This document shows, piece by piece, positions 1 through 12,511 of a stretch of DNA of 64,000 bases; the first letter of the stretch is position 1; each line of letters opens with the position of its first letter. The position numbers were made by a program, and so were the translations under genes. The stretch comes from Lama glama (lineage: Eukaryota): the NCBI GenBank assembly GCA_028534125.1, contig CM052816.1:29390001-29454000 (forward strand). Reading direction: 5' to 3'. Below the pieces are notes generated by a model that was not told the origin of the DNA, did no database searches, and saw only the letters and a program-made list of their open reading frames with translations.

Positions 1-3000
1 CAGCCACTCACTCAAAGTCCCACTGGCCTTCCATCAAATGGACGGCACGGTACAGCTGACAGCGTTGAGATGACTCCCAGAGGCTGGCATTCCAGCTTCT
101 CTAATTCATTATCTGCCACTGGCAAGCTTTTTGAGGAAATCATTTTTATAACCCAGTAAGAAAGTCACTTGGAATCCAAGCCAACATAACACAGCCCCTG
201 CTTCAGACTGGCCCCAATTTAGCAGTTGGAAAGGCAGCAGCATTCCTCAACGTCACGTCCTTTTGATGGGCCCCTGCATTCATCCTGCCTGAGAAGAACT
301 GGGGCGCTTCTGTGTTCTCCAGACGCCACTATTTCATGGGCTCCAAGGCTGTATCGTACTTTGGGAGTCCAGCACCCCTTCGTACCTCCTGTTAACTGCA
401 AAATCAAACCAAATACTTGAACTGCCAAAATTTCTTACCCCAGTCACCATGGTCTCTTGCCTGTTAGTTAGACTGCTGCTCACCTCTCTAGCTTAGCATA
501 AATTACCTTTTTTTTTTTCCATTTTAGAGTTCCTTCTTTACTCCTCCCTTCCTCTCTCTCCACCAGCCTCCTCCCCTTGGAGGCTCTGCAGCAGGCCTGG
601 AACCCACTCCGGGCCTCCCACCTCCTACTTCTTCCTCATTGTTCCCTTGAAATTTCAAAACCTGCCAAATGGCCACTCCCTCAACTTCCTTCACTAGTTC
701 CCCAGCAGTTCCTCTTCTTCCCCTTCCTTGGCGCGACTGGCCCCTGAATTCCACCTCCTTGGCAACTCTCTGGAGAGACTTCTTCATTAGAATCTCCTTT
801 CCCTCAAGAACTTGAGTCCAGCCTTCAGACTTGGGATATTGGGAAGGCGTGCGTTTTCATTCCAGCGGCTTCATCACTGACTTAACTCAAATTTTAACCT
901 TCAAAAGGTGAAATGGCTTTACAAGTGCTTAATAATAAAGAGAACAGTCAGTGCACTGACATTTCATTTTTATCGGATAACTTTACAGAAGGAAAAGGTT
1001 TCTTGGAGCAGGTCCACGCTTCCTGGCTTTTTACAGGATGGGAAATGAGTGCTTCTTAACCAGGTAAATATTGCCGTCAGGCCATGGGAGGGTTCTGTCT
1101 TTGTGATTTTGTCTTATTTAACCAGCATCTCCTGGGTGAAACTGTTTAATCACTGACACAAGCAGCATCTCACTGGTTCTCACCTCAGGAGAAATGAAAA
1201 ATTCCTCAGAATGGCTAAATTACTAGTGTGGCAAATCCTATTTAATATGTATAAGACTAAAGCCCTCAGTTTCCAATTACATATCAAATCTAGGGTATCC
1301 CTGGCAGAAGCATCAGTGGTTTTCCAAGACATGTTTCCTGTCACAGCAAAGAAAGGACATAGGAAGACAGGAAGTGAAGGAGGAAGGGAATGGAGAAAAA
1401 TTCCCTGTTTCTCAGACCAGCCAAAGCTTTTTCCCAGTATGAAGAGCTGGATTAAATTTCCTACCTATCTTCACTTCTTACCCTCATGCACAAGGGCTGA
1501 TTTTCTGCAATGCCACAGGGAGAGGTCAGAGGTGATGGGGGTGGAGATCAGGAAGGAATCTGCTGGCAACTAGGACTTGGGAGATGTGGGCCAATGGGGA
1601 TGATGGAAGTCTCCATTCCTCGGGACACTGGACTTGCTCATCCCCTGGGCCCCACATGCCTTCCCCCATCCCCTCAGTTACCCACTAAATACTGATGGAA
1701 CACTCGTGAGGTTGTTCTTAGCAGATGAGCTCTTCAAACTCAGGATCCTAGCTTTTGCTGAGGCCCACAGAGAAGATGGCAAAGCCACCTTCTACAGCAC
1801 CTCTCCTTAGGCATGGCTGATCACCGCTCCATGGGCTCTCGTCCTCCTGTTCTTGCCTTGGTTTCCTCCTAACCTCTTGAGTGTCTCCATTTCTGTTTTC
1901 TTTATTGGTTGCGTCTACCTTTTTCCCTTCTAAAAGAGGGTATTCTCAGAGGCTAAGTCATAGCCCAGACCTCTCCTATCTCGTCAGTTTTCCCCTCAGA
2001 GATCACATAAGGGGAAGCAATTCTCCCCTTCTGGCTGGATATTCACACACTTTTCCACCCAGGCTCATTTACCCAGGCTCTGCTGGTCCTTCAGACCAAC
2101 CCAGGGCTCTTGTCAGCTCTATATTCTTAAACCACCTACTTTGCCTCTGCCCTATTTCAGCTCAAAACCCCTCAGTTCTTTACAATTGTGTTTCCCTCCT
2201 AAATGGTTCTTGGGCATGCCTAAGTGTAATTTCAATACCTGCATTTTTCTAATGAGGAAACTGAAGTTCAGAGAGACCAAGCAGCAACTGAAGGTTGCAC
2301 AGACAAACGAGGGCAAAGTCACGAGTAGAACTGGTCTCTTGATTCCCAGTGTCCTCTCTGTTACCCACAGTGTCCCTCTGGGCAGCTTGGCTTCTAGGCT
2401 GGCCCCACATGCTGCTGCAATATGGCCCACCAATGCCCTCCACCCCACAATGCTCCTCTCCTCCTGCCTAAAGGGCCTAGCTGAAGTCCCAGCTAACTCC
2501 TCTGTGAAGGCACTCTGCCCATAAAGATTTTGGTGAACATTCTCTCCTCTAGATTCTCAAAGGGTCTGCTGCCTCATCCTCTGAGCTGTACTCATCCTGA
2601 GTTCCCCATCAGGTGTTTCGTCCTATGGACGCATACGTGCTGTGTGTGATGCTCTGAACCAGAAGTTCTTGGAGGGCAGGGCCTTCTGCACACACCATCT
2701 GTTCCCCAGGCCCCACAGAGGAAGTACTAGCTCAGTCAACACTTGCTGCTATGAGTATGCTGGGCCAAGGGAGGGTGGCAGTGACTGAGGGAGAGAGGCT
2801 GTGCCTGGAAACAGGGGTCTCCTAGACAGTACATGGCGGGCACAACACCTCGGGTCCCCAGCTCTTCAGCTGAGCTGAGGGGGCCACATGAAAACATATA
2901 CCTGGGCCAGGTAAGCTGGAATCCAGGATATACGGCATGTCAAACTGGGTATCTGTCAATCAACCCTTACTTGGTACCTGAGGTCTTCAAGCTTCAGGCC

Positions 3001-3372
3001 TAAAGCAGTCATGATCACTTAGGGCATTCTGCTTAGTGGCCACTTTGCTTCAGGATTTCCTTGGGAGACACTTTGCCCCTAGTTATTTATAAAATTAAAT
3101 CTCATTTGTCACAACGAAGCTAGAGAGTATATTCCCATGTAAGTCCAAAGACGATGTTCTATACAGAAACACAAAGCTCCACACATCTTTAAACCATGAA
3201 TACCCTAAGGTACCAGCCTAATAACACAGGATTTGCAGTCTTTTTACAGATTCCTAGAGTGGCACTCCCTTAGCCACTGATGGCCCCGCCAGTGGTCACT
3301 CAGCAGGTAGTACAGCTCTATGCCTAACTCCTCTTCAAGATTCTTCACCCCACAAGATTTAAGATACAGCAT

Positions 3373-3817
3373 GTTCTTTTTCATTATAGGCTATTACCAG
3401 ATATTGAATATGGTTCCCTGTGCTATACAGTAGGACATTGTTGTTTATCTATTATTATATATGGTAGTTAGTATCTGCAAATCCTGAACTCCCAATTTAT
3501 CCTTTCCCACCCCTCTTCACACCCTGGTAACCATAAGTTTGTTTTCTACGTCTGTGAGTCTGCCTCTGCTCTGTAAATACATTCATTTGTGTCCTTTTTG
3601 TAGATTCCACATATAAGTGATATCATTTGCTATTTTTCTTTCCTTTCTGGCTTAATTCACTTAGTATGATGATCTCCAGTTTCATCCATGTTGCTGCAAA
3701 TGGCATTATTTTATTCTTTTTTAAGGCTGAGTACTATTCTGTTGTGTATGTGTGTGTGTGTATGTGTATAGCAACTTCTTCATCCAGGCATCTGTGGATG
3801 GACAATTAGTTTGCATA

Positions 3818-3867
<50 letters not shown>

Positions 3868-3940
3868 ACTGAATCACTATGCTGTACACCAGAAATTAAC
3901 ACAACATTGTAAATCAACTATATTTCAATTTTAAAAAAAA
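3373..3940. mobile_element. 5'-inverted L1 3' fragment (minus piece 3373-3812, plus piece about 3815-3940)
   Basis: The two pieces are adjacent parts of the L1 3' UTR (compare the intact copy at 19169-20075) in opposite orientations, ending in an A tail. Confidence 0.8.
3817..3864. repeat. (TG)n microsatellite
   Basis: Direct reading. Confidence 0.95.
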
Positions 3941-4185
3941 GATACATGATAAATATAATTGACACTACTATATGTTATATATGAGAGTAATGTTAAGAGC
4001 GTAAAACCTAAGAGCTCTCATCACACACACTTTTTTTCTATTTCTTTAATTTTGTATCTATATGAGATAATGGATGTTTTCTAAACTTATACACATCACC
4101 AAATGGTCATCATGTCAAATCATCATGCTGTACACCTTAAACTTATACAGTGTTTTATGCCAATTATAAAACTGGACGAAAAAAG
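3941..4185 (+). mobile_element. Older L1 3' end
   Basis: Typical L1 3' UTR (...ATCATCATGCTGTACACCTTAAACTTATACAG...). AAGATTTAAG occurs on both outer flanks (about 3354 and 4184). Confidence 0.7.
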
Positions 4186-6839
4186 ATTTAAGTGATTGCT
4201 CTTTTAGGTATCTTGATCAACAGCGGTATGGGGGTCAGTGGGCTGCAGCCCCTCAGCCACTCCCCGAGAAAGAACGTGTTCTGACTCCCAGCATGCACCA
4301 GGCCTGCGGTGCTCCAGGGAAAACCAGGCTGTGGGACAACCATCTATTCCTGCAACTGCATGTCTGGTGTCAGAATGCCACTCCCTTCCCACCCCCACAC
4401 ACGCACACCTTCTCTCCAAGGAAGAGGGCCCCTGCTCAACCAGCTATTGCACTAATTTTCCTGAATGATGTTCTCAAAGGAATGAAAACAAATGAGCTCA
4501 CTGTTAAACTGCCTCTCCCTCGGTCTACCACTTTGAAAACCAGGGATCTAAAAGGATCTATTTGCAGAGCTAAATTTTATTTCTTACTCTCCTGACGTAC
4601 ATGTAAGAGAAAGTGAAGTAGGAAATCTCCATGTGTTCAGCCATTCCATTAAGACTTGGTAAATTCCCCAAAAGTGAATGACATCTACATAAACACATGG
4701 GGTTTTCGGGTTTCCAGGAGATCTGACACCAAAATCCAGGATGCTAAAACCTATGCTTGCAAAATTTCCTGCTGGCAAATAGGCACAAGGCAGGTAGAAA
4801 GGGCCTACACGTCACCTCCCTCGGCCTGAGTTCCTGATCTCTAAAATGAAGGGGTTAGAGGAAGGGACGTGCCAAGTTGCTTTTAACTCTAAACAATGCT
4901 GATTCTACTTGAATTTGTAGGGGGAATCATTTTAATTACAAAAGGCTTCTCACTGCAGATCTTTCTTAAATATTACAGATACATATAATGATTTGATTTT
5001 TTTTATTTTTAAAAAATTCAGCTTACACCATCTTTTTACCACCATCTACTGAATGAAGAGAGGTATACAGCCATGTTCAGCTCATTGTTTCCCAAGTGGT
5101 TAGCATCTTTCTTACACGGATGGAAATGTTGACAAATATACGGTTTGTGGCAAATCCAGCCACTGCATTATTCTGAAATGAAATCACTGGGTCCCGAGAC
5201 TTTCTCTCACCCCACTGCATTCTCTCTTCCCCGCCCACTTTTCAGCTACTTCCTGGATTACCAACAGCGAGAAGCTGGGATTTTAATCATCCATGTGATC
5301 CCGGTTGTTCCACGGCATCATAATTCTGGGACAAGAAAGGTGTGATGCTAATTCAGTCTGATGAAAATTTCAGAAGTGAAGAAGAAAAAGGCCCCAAGAT
5401 AATGAATGCGTACAGAGCTGGGGTGTCAGGTGATGCCAGGTTACCAGTGATGTCCACTGTGGAGGAGACAGAATGGCACAGATCTTGAAATGGATTTTCC
5501 AGTTCAGTCCTTGTCAGCACACTGTACTCCAAGGCTAATAACCCCATGAAAGGAAACATCATTACATCAAAGTCTGGTGTTTTACAGCCTAAGCTGCACC
5601 TTCTACATTGTAGATGACATCACAGTCAGCCACACAAAGTGCCATGCATTTCATCAGATCTGAACTACTGCTTCACCCCCTTTCCTCTTCATTCTCTGGG
5701 CAAAGCAAGGGCTGGGGAAGGGAGGGAGAGGGGGAGAACACTGGTATGGTAATGCTTAGCAATGAATGCTACTATATAAGCTGTCACAGCACATGAGGTT
5801 AAAACAGTGAGGACACCACCTGGTGTGCAGCTTATATGATACCAGTGAACTTTTCGATGACAGAAATGGATATTAATGTCACCGCTATGGAACAACTGAA
5901 CTTTTCTATGATCAGTACTCTGACAGATACTTATCACACTTTTTCTAGTGTTAGTCTCTACTTTTTGTTTCCCTGAAGAATTATAATTCCTAGGAGGTGG
6001 GGTGATGCTGACCATGAGGTCCCTAGAAGGTTCTTCAGGGCTGCCTGCTGGCACAATGTGCTTGAGGGGGCAGTGTTCAGGTACACCTCTGTCCTGGCAA
6101 GTCACTGACCTTAGTCACTTAATTGGCAAGCTGACTGATCAAGATGGGCTTCGGGAACCCCACCAGGAACTGGGGACCCAACTCTGCTGACTATGTTGAG
6201 ACAGACTCAACCTGGAGCACAGAGAAACCACTGTGGAAGCACTGAGGAACAGGTCAGATACCTATTAAATGATACTTAAGCCAAGGACGGCTACAACTGA
6301 GACTCCAAATGCCTGTACATATGCCCAGCAAATTAACATATTATCAGGAGATATAGGGACAAATTGAGTGGGACACAGCTGTGCTGAGAATCACTCACAT
6401 GTGTATAGACACCTGGTAGACTTTAAAGAAACCTGAAACTCAGTGGTCACTACAAAGTCACCCAGTTGTGATAACGTAAGACACATGTAATGGAACCCTG
6501 CTTCACATCAGTGACCTGGGGAGTCCACGCTCTCGGTTGCAAGCTAGCCACTGCCTCAGAAAGTGAGGTCCCTCTCCTGTCCCACAGGTACGATGGTCTC
6601 TCTTGCTGCAGTGAGCTCCAGGCACCTCCCACTCAGCCCTGCCCGGCTCCTAGATCTCCTGCATCAGGGGTAGAAGGATGCACTCAGGACTCCCTGCCTG
6701 TGTGCCTGGGCTCTTCTCTTCCTCCTTGGAGATGCCTGCCTCTTACTCCTGGCTTCTCAAACTGGGGTACAAGTGCCACGGGACCACAGAGGGCATCCTC
6801 CTGAATGCCCAGATTACTTGAGAATGGACATTCCAGGAA

Positions 6840-7075
6840 GTACCACATCAGGGCTGAAAGTGCAGGTTCTACAGATAGTCAGCCTCCATTCAAATCTTGA
6901 TTCTATCTTTTCTAGTTTTTTGGTTTGATGCATGGTTTTTAACTTCCCTGAACCTCAGTTTTCCTAATTGTTATGTGGAATTAAAACCAACTGTTACTAG
7001 ACAAGTATTAAATGAGATAATATACATAATCAGATGCTTAGCACTGTGCCTGGCACAGGGAAGCACTCAATGCAT
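6840..7075 (+). mobile_element. MIR relic
   Basis: TTTAACTTCCCTGAACCTCAGTTTTCC core, then TTAAATGAGATAAT...GCTTAGCACTGTGCCTGGCACA. Confidence 0.65.
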
Positions 7076-7599
7076 TTCAGTTTCAAAATTGTTTCTTTGA
7101 TTTTCAAGGCCAAATCATTTGAGATGCTGGCAAGCCACGTCAGGACTTGATCCCAGTGATCAAAGACAAATGCTTGTTTTGCCTCTACCATTACAGTACT
7201 TCAGTGGAGAATTTAAGAAATACTAAATAGGTTTGTCCTCCAGGTTTGGAAGGACCTATTCCTGGAAAAGTGAGGCTAGAGAATTTCTAAACAGTGCTCT
7301 AAAAAGTTTCATCATATCATGTTAACAAACAAACAAACAAACAAACACCTCATAATGAAGTGGAGGCAAAGGAAAGAAGACTAATAGCTGTCATGCATAG
7401 AAACATGGTACAACTAAGGGAAGTACATGGTGTCTTGGGAACACAGTGAAAGATCATCCACTCCAAAGTGGGTCCAGTTGGAGATATTACGCACCTGAGG
7501 AGGGACAAGAGAGTAATCCCAACAAAGGAAATGACATCTATTGAGGGAATAAGGAAGTAAATAAACAGGGCAACACTAGGGTTTGGATGGACCATTCCG

Positions 7600-8055
7600 G
7601 TGGTGTGGTAGATGTCTGCTGGTGATCCACATCAGAGGTCCTTTCCTATTTCTCAAGAAACGTTTATTTTGCACGTGGCTGTAGGAGTCAGACCCCTATC
7701 TCCCACTCCCAAAGCTAGAACCAGAAGTTCCCTCTCCCACGTGCAGCAGGGGCCAGGTACGCAATCTAGCCCTGACCAATCAGCCTGCTTATTGCCAAGA
7801 TTTTTGAATGTTGAGGATGATCAAATATTCAGCCACACATGGAGTCTAAGCAGTGACAGAACTGAAAAATACAGAGGAAGCAAAGGCCATGGTGAGGTCC
7901 TAACCAGGCAATACTTGGCTGCATTTCCTGATGCATTTTCAGACGCTAATTCTTCCTGTAGCTGTGTGAACTACCCCTTATACATTCAGTAAATTTTTCT
8001 GCTTACGATAGCAGGAATCAATTCCCATTTCTTGCAGCCAACAACCCTGATGAGA
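7600..8055 (+). mobile_element. MaLR (MLT1-like) LTR relic
   Basis: TGTGGTAGATG start, CCAATCAG, and AGTAAATTTTTCTGCTTA...TCTTGCAGCCAA end typical of MLT1. Confidence 0.55.
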
Positions 8056-8099
8056 GAGGTGGTTACTGTCATCAGCAGGGTACAAATGCTGAGGGCTTG

Positions 8100-9230
8100 A
8101 ACCACAGCAGGGGCAAGGGAGATGCAGAGAAGGAGAAGCCTTCAACAGGTAACAAGGAGGATGAAGGGCCAGGGGTCAGGAGGGGAAGGGGAGCTGAAGA
8201 TAAAGGAGAGGGCAGGGTCAAGGCCACCTTTTGGATCTGAAGTCTGGAAGCCAAGAAGAGCATAATGATATTCAGTGAGGATACAAAAGGAGGAATAGAT
8301 TTGTTAAGAGTACGACATGACAGGCTCAGTGTAGGTGTGTTGAATTTGAGATACCTATATGACCTTCGAGCATGGTGTTTGCCAGGCAGCAGGTGACTCT
8401 TAGAAAAGCCGAGGCTGGAGGTCTAGGAGATTAGAAAAAAACACTTAGAAAAAGGAAGGGGATATCAGGAGAGTGTAGAGTCATAGGAACTATGGAAGGA
8501 GTGTAGGATTGCAGGGACACAGGTCTTTCTAGCGTCAAATGCTGCAAAAAAAAAAAAAAAAGGAGGGGGTCAAGTAAGTCACGGCATAAATATGAAGGCT
8601 AGGTCACTGGTGATTTTAGCACATGGGAAATCACTGATGACTTGGGCAGTTTCAGTGGAGTAGTGGAGAAGGCTGACTTCAGTAGGTGAGGGATGATGAA
8701 GAATGAGAAAGGAGGAACTATGCAAAACTTAAAAAACAAAACAAAACAGGCTCATTTTAAAGGAGAGATAAATCCCTAAAACTGAGCCAAGTATTGAGGG
8801 TTACTGCCCCCCAAATGGAGATCATCCATTTGTTTTATAAATATTGAATGATCACCCTTTCTGTGTAGGTCTTGGAGACACAGTGGGGCATAAAACAGAT
8901 GCAGTCTTGCCCTAAAGAGCTTGTGGTCTGGAGAAGGATGCTAAACAAAGTGATGAGTCCCAGCGAGGAAAAGATCAGGTGCTCTGAGAGAGGGCAGTAA
9001 GGGATCTTAATTTAGGTTGGAGGTTCAGAAAAAGCCTCTCCAAAGAGCTGAGCAGGGAAAAGGGGGTCAGGTGGGGAGAAGGACATTTCAGGTGGGAAGT
9101 GCCAACACCCCAAAGTAGGAAGCCTGAGCACAGCTATACAAAGAAGGGAGGGAAAGACGGGGGGCTAAGTGGTGCAGTGAGGCGCACATGGTGGAAAGAG
9201 GAACGATGTCTGTTTCACCAGGAGGGTGAG
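8100..9230 (-). mobile_element. L2 relics
   Basis: Purine-rich L2-like motifs (GGTCACTGGTGA...CAGTTTCAGTGGAGTAGTGG; ATAAATATTGAATG...). Confidence 0.5.
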
Positions 9231-10191
9231 TGTGGGTGAAGGTGAGTCTGTCAGTCTAGAAGCAGGAAGTTGAGGGAGTTGTCTAATGGCTACTATTTCC
9301 TTTGTGAAATAGCAGGCCGGGTGAAGCTAGAGAGAACTGGGAGAGGTGGTGGCGGGAAGGGCTATTATGAGCAAGAGAGGAGAAGCTGCGTTCACTCGCA
9401 GCGCAACCCTTCCTCGTTTCCAAGTCCTCACAAAGCAAACCCTCCTTAATGATGGCTTCCTCGCTGTCTGGTAGCAAAGCTTCAATAACCAGGACAGAGG
9501 AGCCCTGATCCCTTAACGCTTAACACTAGAAAGATCTTCAGACATCTTAAGTGCCATTCATTTTTTTCCTACTTCATAACTAAATAATTTACTCAACAGG
9601 AATCAATTCGACGCCAAAAATATGGCCATCAACCTATCCCCTCAGGAAGCCCCCATCCACTGGAAACTGCTGACGTCTTCCTCTCAATGGCCTTCCCTAC
9701 TTTCCCTTGTTTTCCTAGCCATGCTATGCCTCAGAACTTAAATTCATTCAGCTTTTAATAGTGAGGTCTGGGTTCTTTTTCTCTGTTTAACATTCAAGCA
9801 CAATCACCTATTCATTTGAAAGTAGGCGAAATCACATCGATTCTTTAGGAGGTGGCCAGTGACCAAGGATGGAGGTTCAGCACTCCTGGCACAGAGTCAA
9901 GTCCGTCCTTAGCTGTGATGGCTTAACAATATCCCCAGTCATTTGCTTCTGCATTCACTCACATACACAAATATGTTGGCCTCCAAGGACTTCTGAATCC
10001 GACTTGATATTTTTTTCAGATTCAGCCCCAAACAAAGTATACTAGTCTCTCACTGCGGTTCAGAATAATGACTTAAAAGTATCTCCCATCACAGCAAATC
10101 GGGCATGAAGCACCCGAAGGCAATTTTCCTTGCAATGCAGGCATTGTAAAGAGTTTGTGGTGATCTATCACTAAACGGGATACTTAAGTTC

Positions 10192-10193
<2 letters not shown>

Positions 10194-10226
<33 letters not shown>
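10194..10226. repeat. (AG)n microsatellite
   Basis: Direct reading. Confidence 0.95.
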
Positions 10227-10230
<4 letters not shown>

Positions 10231-12186
10231 CAAGGAGATGGGATAGGATTAGTAAGGACAGAGAATTAAGATAACTCAATTAGTTAAACAGCATTGCTCT
10301 TTTCATAGACATCTGAGTAGCTAAACAGAGGGTTCTAGATCACAGCCAATAACCAGTCTTCCAAGAACTGCCTGGGACACACACACACATACAAACAGAC
10401 CCTTGCCCTTTATTTCCTGGCAGAAGCCACCATGATTCCGTTTGTTAATAAAGTATTTATTTATTCTCCCTCAAGAGTTATTCCATATCCTACCCTAATT
10501 GTCATCAATTTAAAACTCTAGCACCTCGTGTTATTTTAAAAGAAACATTCTGGGCTTTCTGTAAAAAGCATAGGGGCCAGATAATTTGCTGCAGATCTGC
10601 AGAATGTAAATGATGGAGATAAGGTAAGGAATAAGCAGATAATTAAGGGGCCTCTTCACACTCCAGTTTTCAGGCTTACCATGGGTGAGCCAGACAGGAG
10701 GGAAGCATGTGGGTGCTGCTAGAGAATGTATCATATGCTTGGGCATACTGTTCTTCCACTTTCTCCCCACTCTCTTTTTTTCAAAAGAAAAAATAAAACA
10801 TGCCTGGGAGAAAAATACCAATGTAAGTGCTACTTGTAATTCATACAAAAGTTTACCAGTGGGTTCTCTTAGCCCATTTTCTATTCACCTTTGACCAATT
10901 TTGACTCACTGTAAACTGCTGTTCCAAAGGTAGAAAAGAAAAGCCTCCAACAGCACAAAGCCCCATCAGGAGCCAGGCTGCAGCAGCAAGGAAAACATTA
11001 ATCCCCCAAGCTCCCCGTCAAGCTCAGAAACAATGCTCCTGGCTGTCAGCTTTCATTCATACCAGCCCCATATTTCTATTAAACAAGCCTCTTTTTCATT
11101 GACTGCTTCCCTCACACAGCATAAAGTAATCGTCAGCCCACAGAGACTGCATTTTGAAACACGTAGTAGCTTTACTTTGGGAGGGAAATCAGTAAAAGAA
11201 GAGGACAAGTTTCAAGAGCTCTCCCTGACTGGTATTTACCAAATGGAGAACCAATGGGGCTCCTCTCTGCCCCTCAGGCTCCCAGAACTGCTGTGATTCA
11301 CTAAAAGTTACCAGTTTCCCCAAGAGGTTCCTTTGAAAAGAAATTTCACAATCTTGAACAGTTTCCTCTCTTACTCTCTAATTTCCCCCAACTATCCCTA
11401 CTCCTACCTCAACTTACAAGAGGACTTTTGTATACATAAAGTTTCAGGAAACAAAGCATACAAACACTCAAACACAAATAAACTCCTCGAACTAACACGA
11501 GCGTATAATTGTGTTTTGGTTGGAGCTTTTCCAGCCCTGTCACCGGTTCTCTGTTAGGAGTAAATGAAACCCTTTGCTTTGGCAAAGTTAGAAACAGACA
11601 AACTCTCCTCAGTTTCAAGCTGCACAAGGCCTCCCTCATATCTCTCAGCCCCCTTAAAGCCCCCAACAAAATGAATTTACTGCTGAAAAGCCAGCAAGAG
11701 GAAAAAAAAAACCCATTCTATTCCCGAAATAAACATCTTTCACTTCTCCCCTTCACTCAGCTTCTTCCCCTTTTAGCCGGAAACACAGGGCATTTCCAAT
11801 TTCTGAAACCCTTTTCAGAGGACCCTCAACTCTTCAGGATCCCCCAGGGGATCCGGCTTTCGGCTGTCCTGATGTAGGCAGGCAGCGCTCGTCCAAGCAC
11901 ATTTTGCCTTCTTAAGGATCAAGACTGGGGCCTTTTCGTTTTCAGAGAAATCTAAAAAGCAGCTTTTAGTAGGCTGGCTGAGCGAGGTCTGACTCTTCCT
12001 TCCCTTCCCTTTGAAGGGCCGCGGGGTGAGATGGTACAGGGTTCGGCACATTCGGCTCTGAGCTGCGAAGGCGCAGGGAAAGCAGACAAAGTACCCAGCG
12101 CTCACTTTTAAACTCCCATCTGCTCCCTACTCTGCCCTTCCTCCGCAGAACTTGGCGGGGGCTCCCCGGCAAAATCAAAAGCATAC

Positions 12187-12217
12187 CTTCCTTGGATTCT
12201 TCTGCTTCGGAGTGCAT
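12187..12217 (-). CDS. TNFAIP8: TNFAIP8 first coding exon (isoform starting MHSEAEESKE); partial CDS ending in phase 1
   Basis: Minus strand reads ATG CAC TCC GAA GCA GAA GAA TCC AAG GAA G|gtatgc. MHSEAEESKE matches the known TNFAIP8 N-terminus (MHSEAEESKEVATDVF...). A GT donor follows 12187, the ATG has A at -3, and the exon lies in a CpG island. Confidence 0.93.
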
Positions 12218-12430
12218 TGTGTCAGGGTGACCGGCTGCCGGGGCGACTGCCGCAGACATGTACCCGGGCGAGCTGCAAATTCGCTCGGCAGCCAAAACCC
12301 GAACACGATGGAAAATAAAAGGAAGGAAAGCCACTAAAATCAAAACCTCCCCCGCGCAGGAGGGCTGGTTCTGGTGCAGGGATTTTCAGGGGGAAAGTTC
12401 TGCAAGAGTGACGAATCGCGTCTCAGCTGG
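12218..12430 (-). other. TNFAIP8: 5' leader of the TNFAIP8 proximal first exon (5' boundary approximate); contains an in-frame upstream ATG at 12257-12259
   Basis: Contiguous with the coding part and lies between it and the GC boxes. The TSS cannot be fixed from sequence alone. Confidence 0.6.
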
Positions 12431-12481
12431 GCGGCGGGAGTCCGCCCCCCGGGCCGCGCGCCCCAGCCCGTCGCAGGCGAG

Positions 12482-12511
12482 CTGGCGACCTGGCGACCTG
12501 GCGACCTGGCG
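12482..12511. repeat. 8-bp tandem repeat (CTGGCGAC)x3 + CTGGCG
   Basis: Direct reading; a degenerate unit CAGGCGAG precedes it. Confidence 0.9.

Larger units (their letters stand above)
1..12186 (-). other. TNFAIP8: TNFAIP8 intron running to the common coding exon outside the window
   Basis: Starts at the GT donor at 12186. No VATDVFNSK-coding exon was found in 1-12186, and the region is repeat-rich. Confidence 0.8.

Noticed and set aside
11966..12343. 125-aa minus-strand ORF as a single-exon gene
   Set aside because: Only the MHSEAEESKE part (and possibly 14 upstream codons) is exonic. The remainder reads through the splice donor at 12186.
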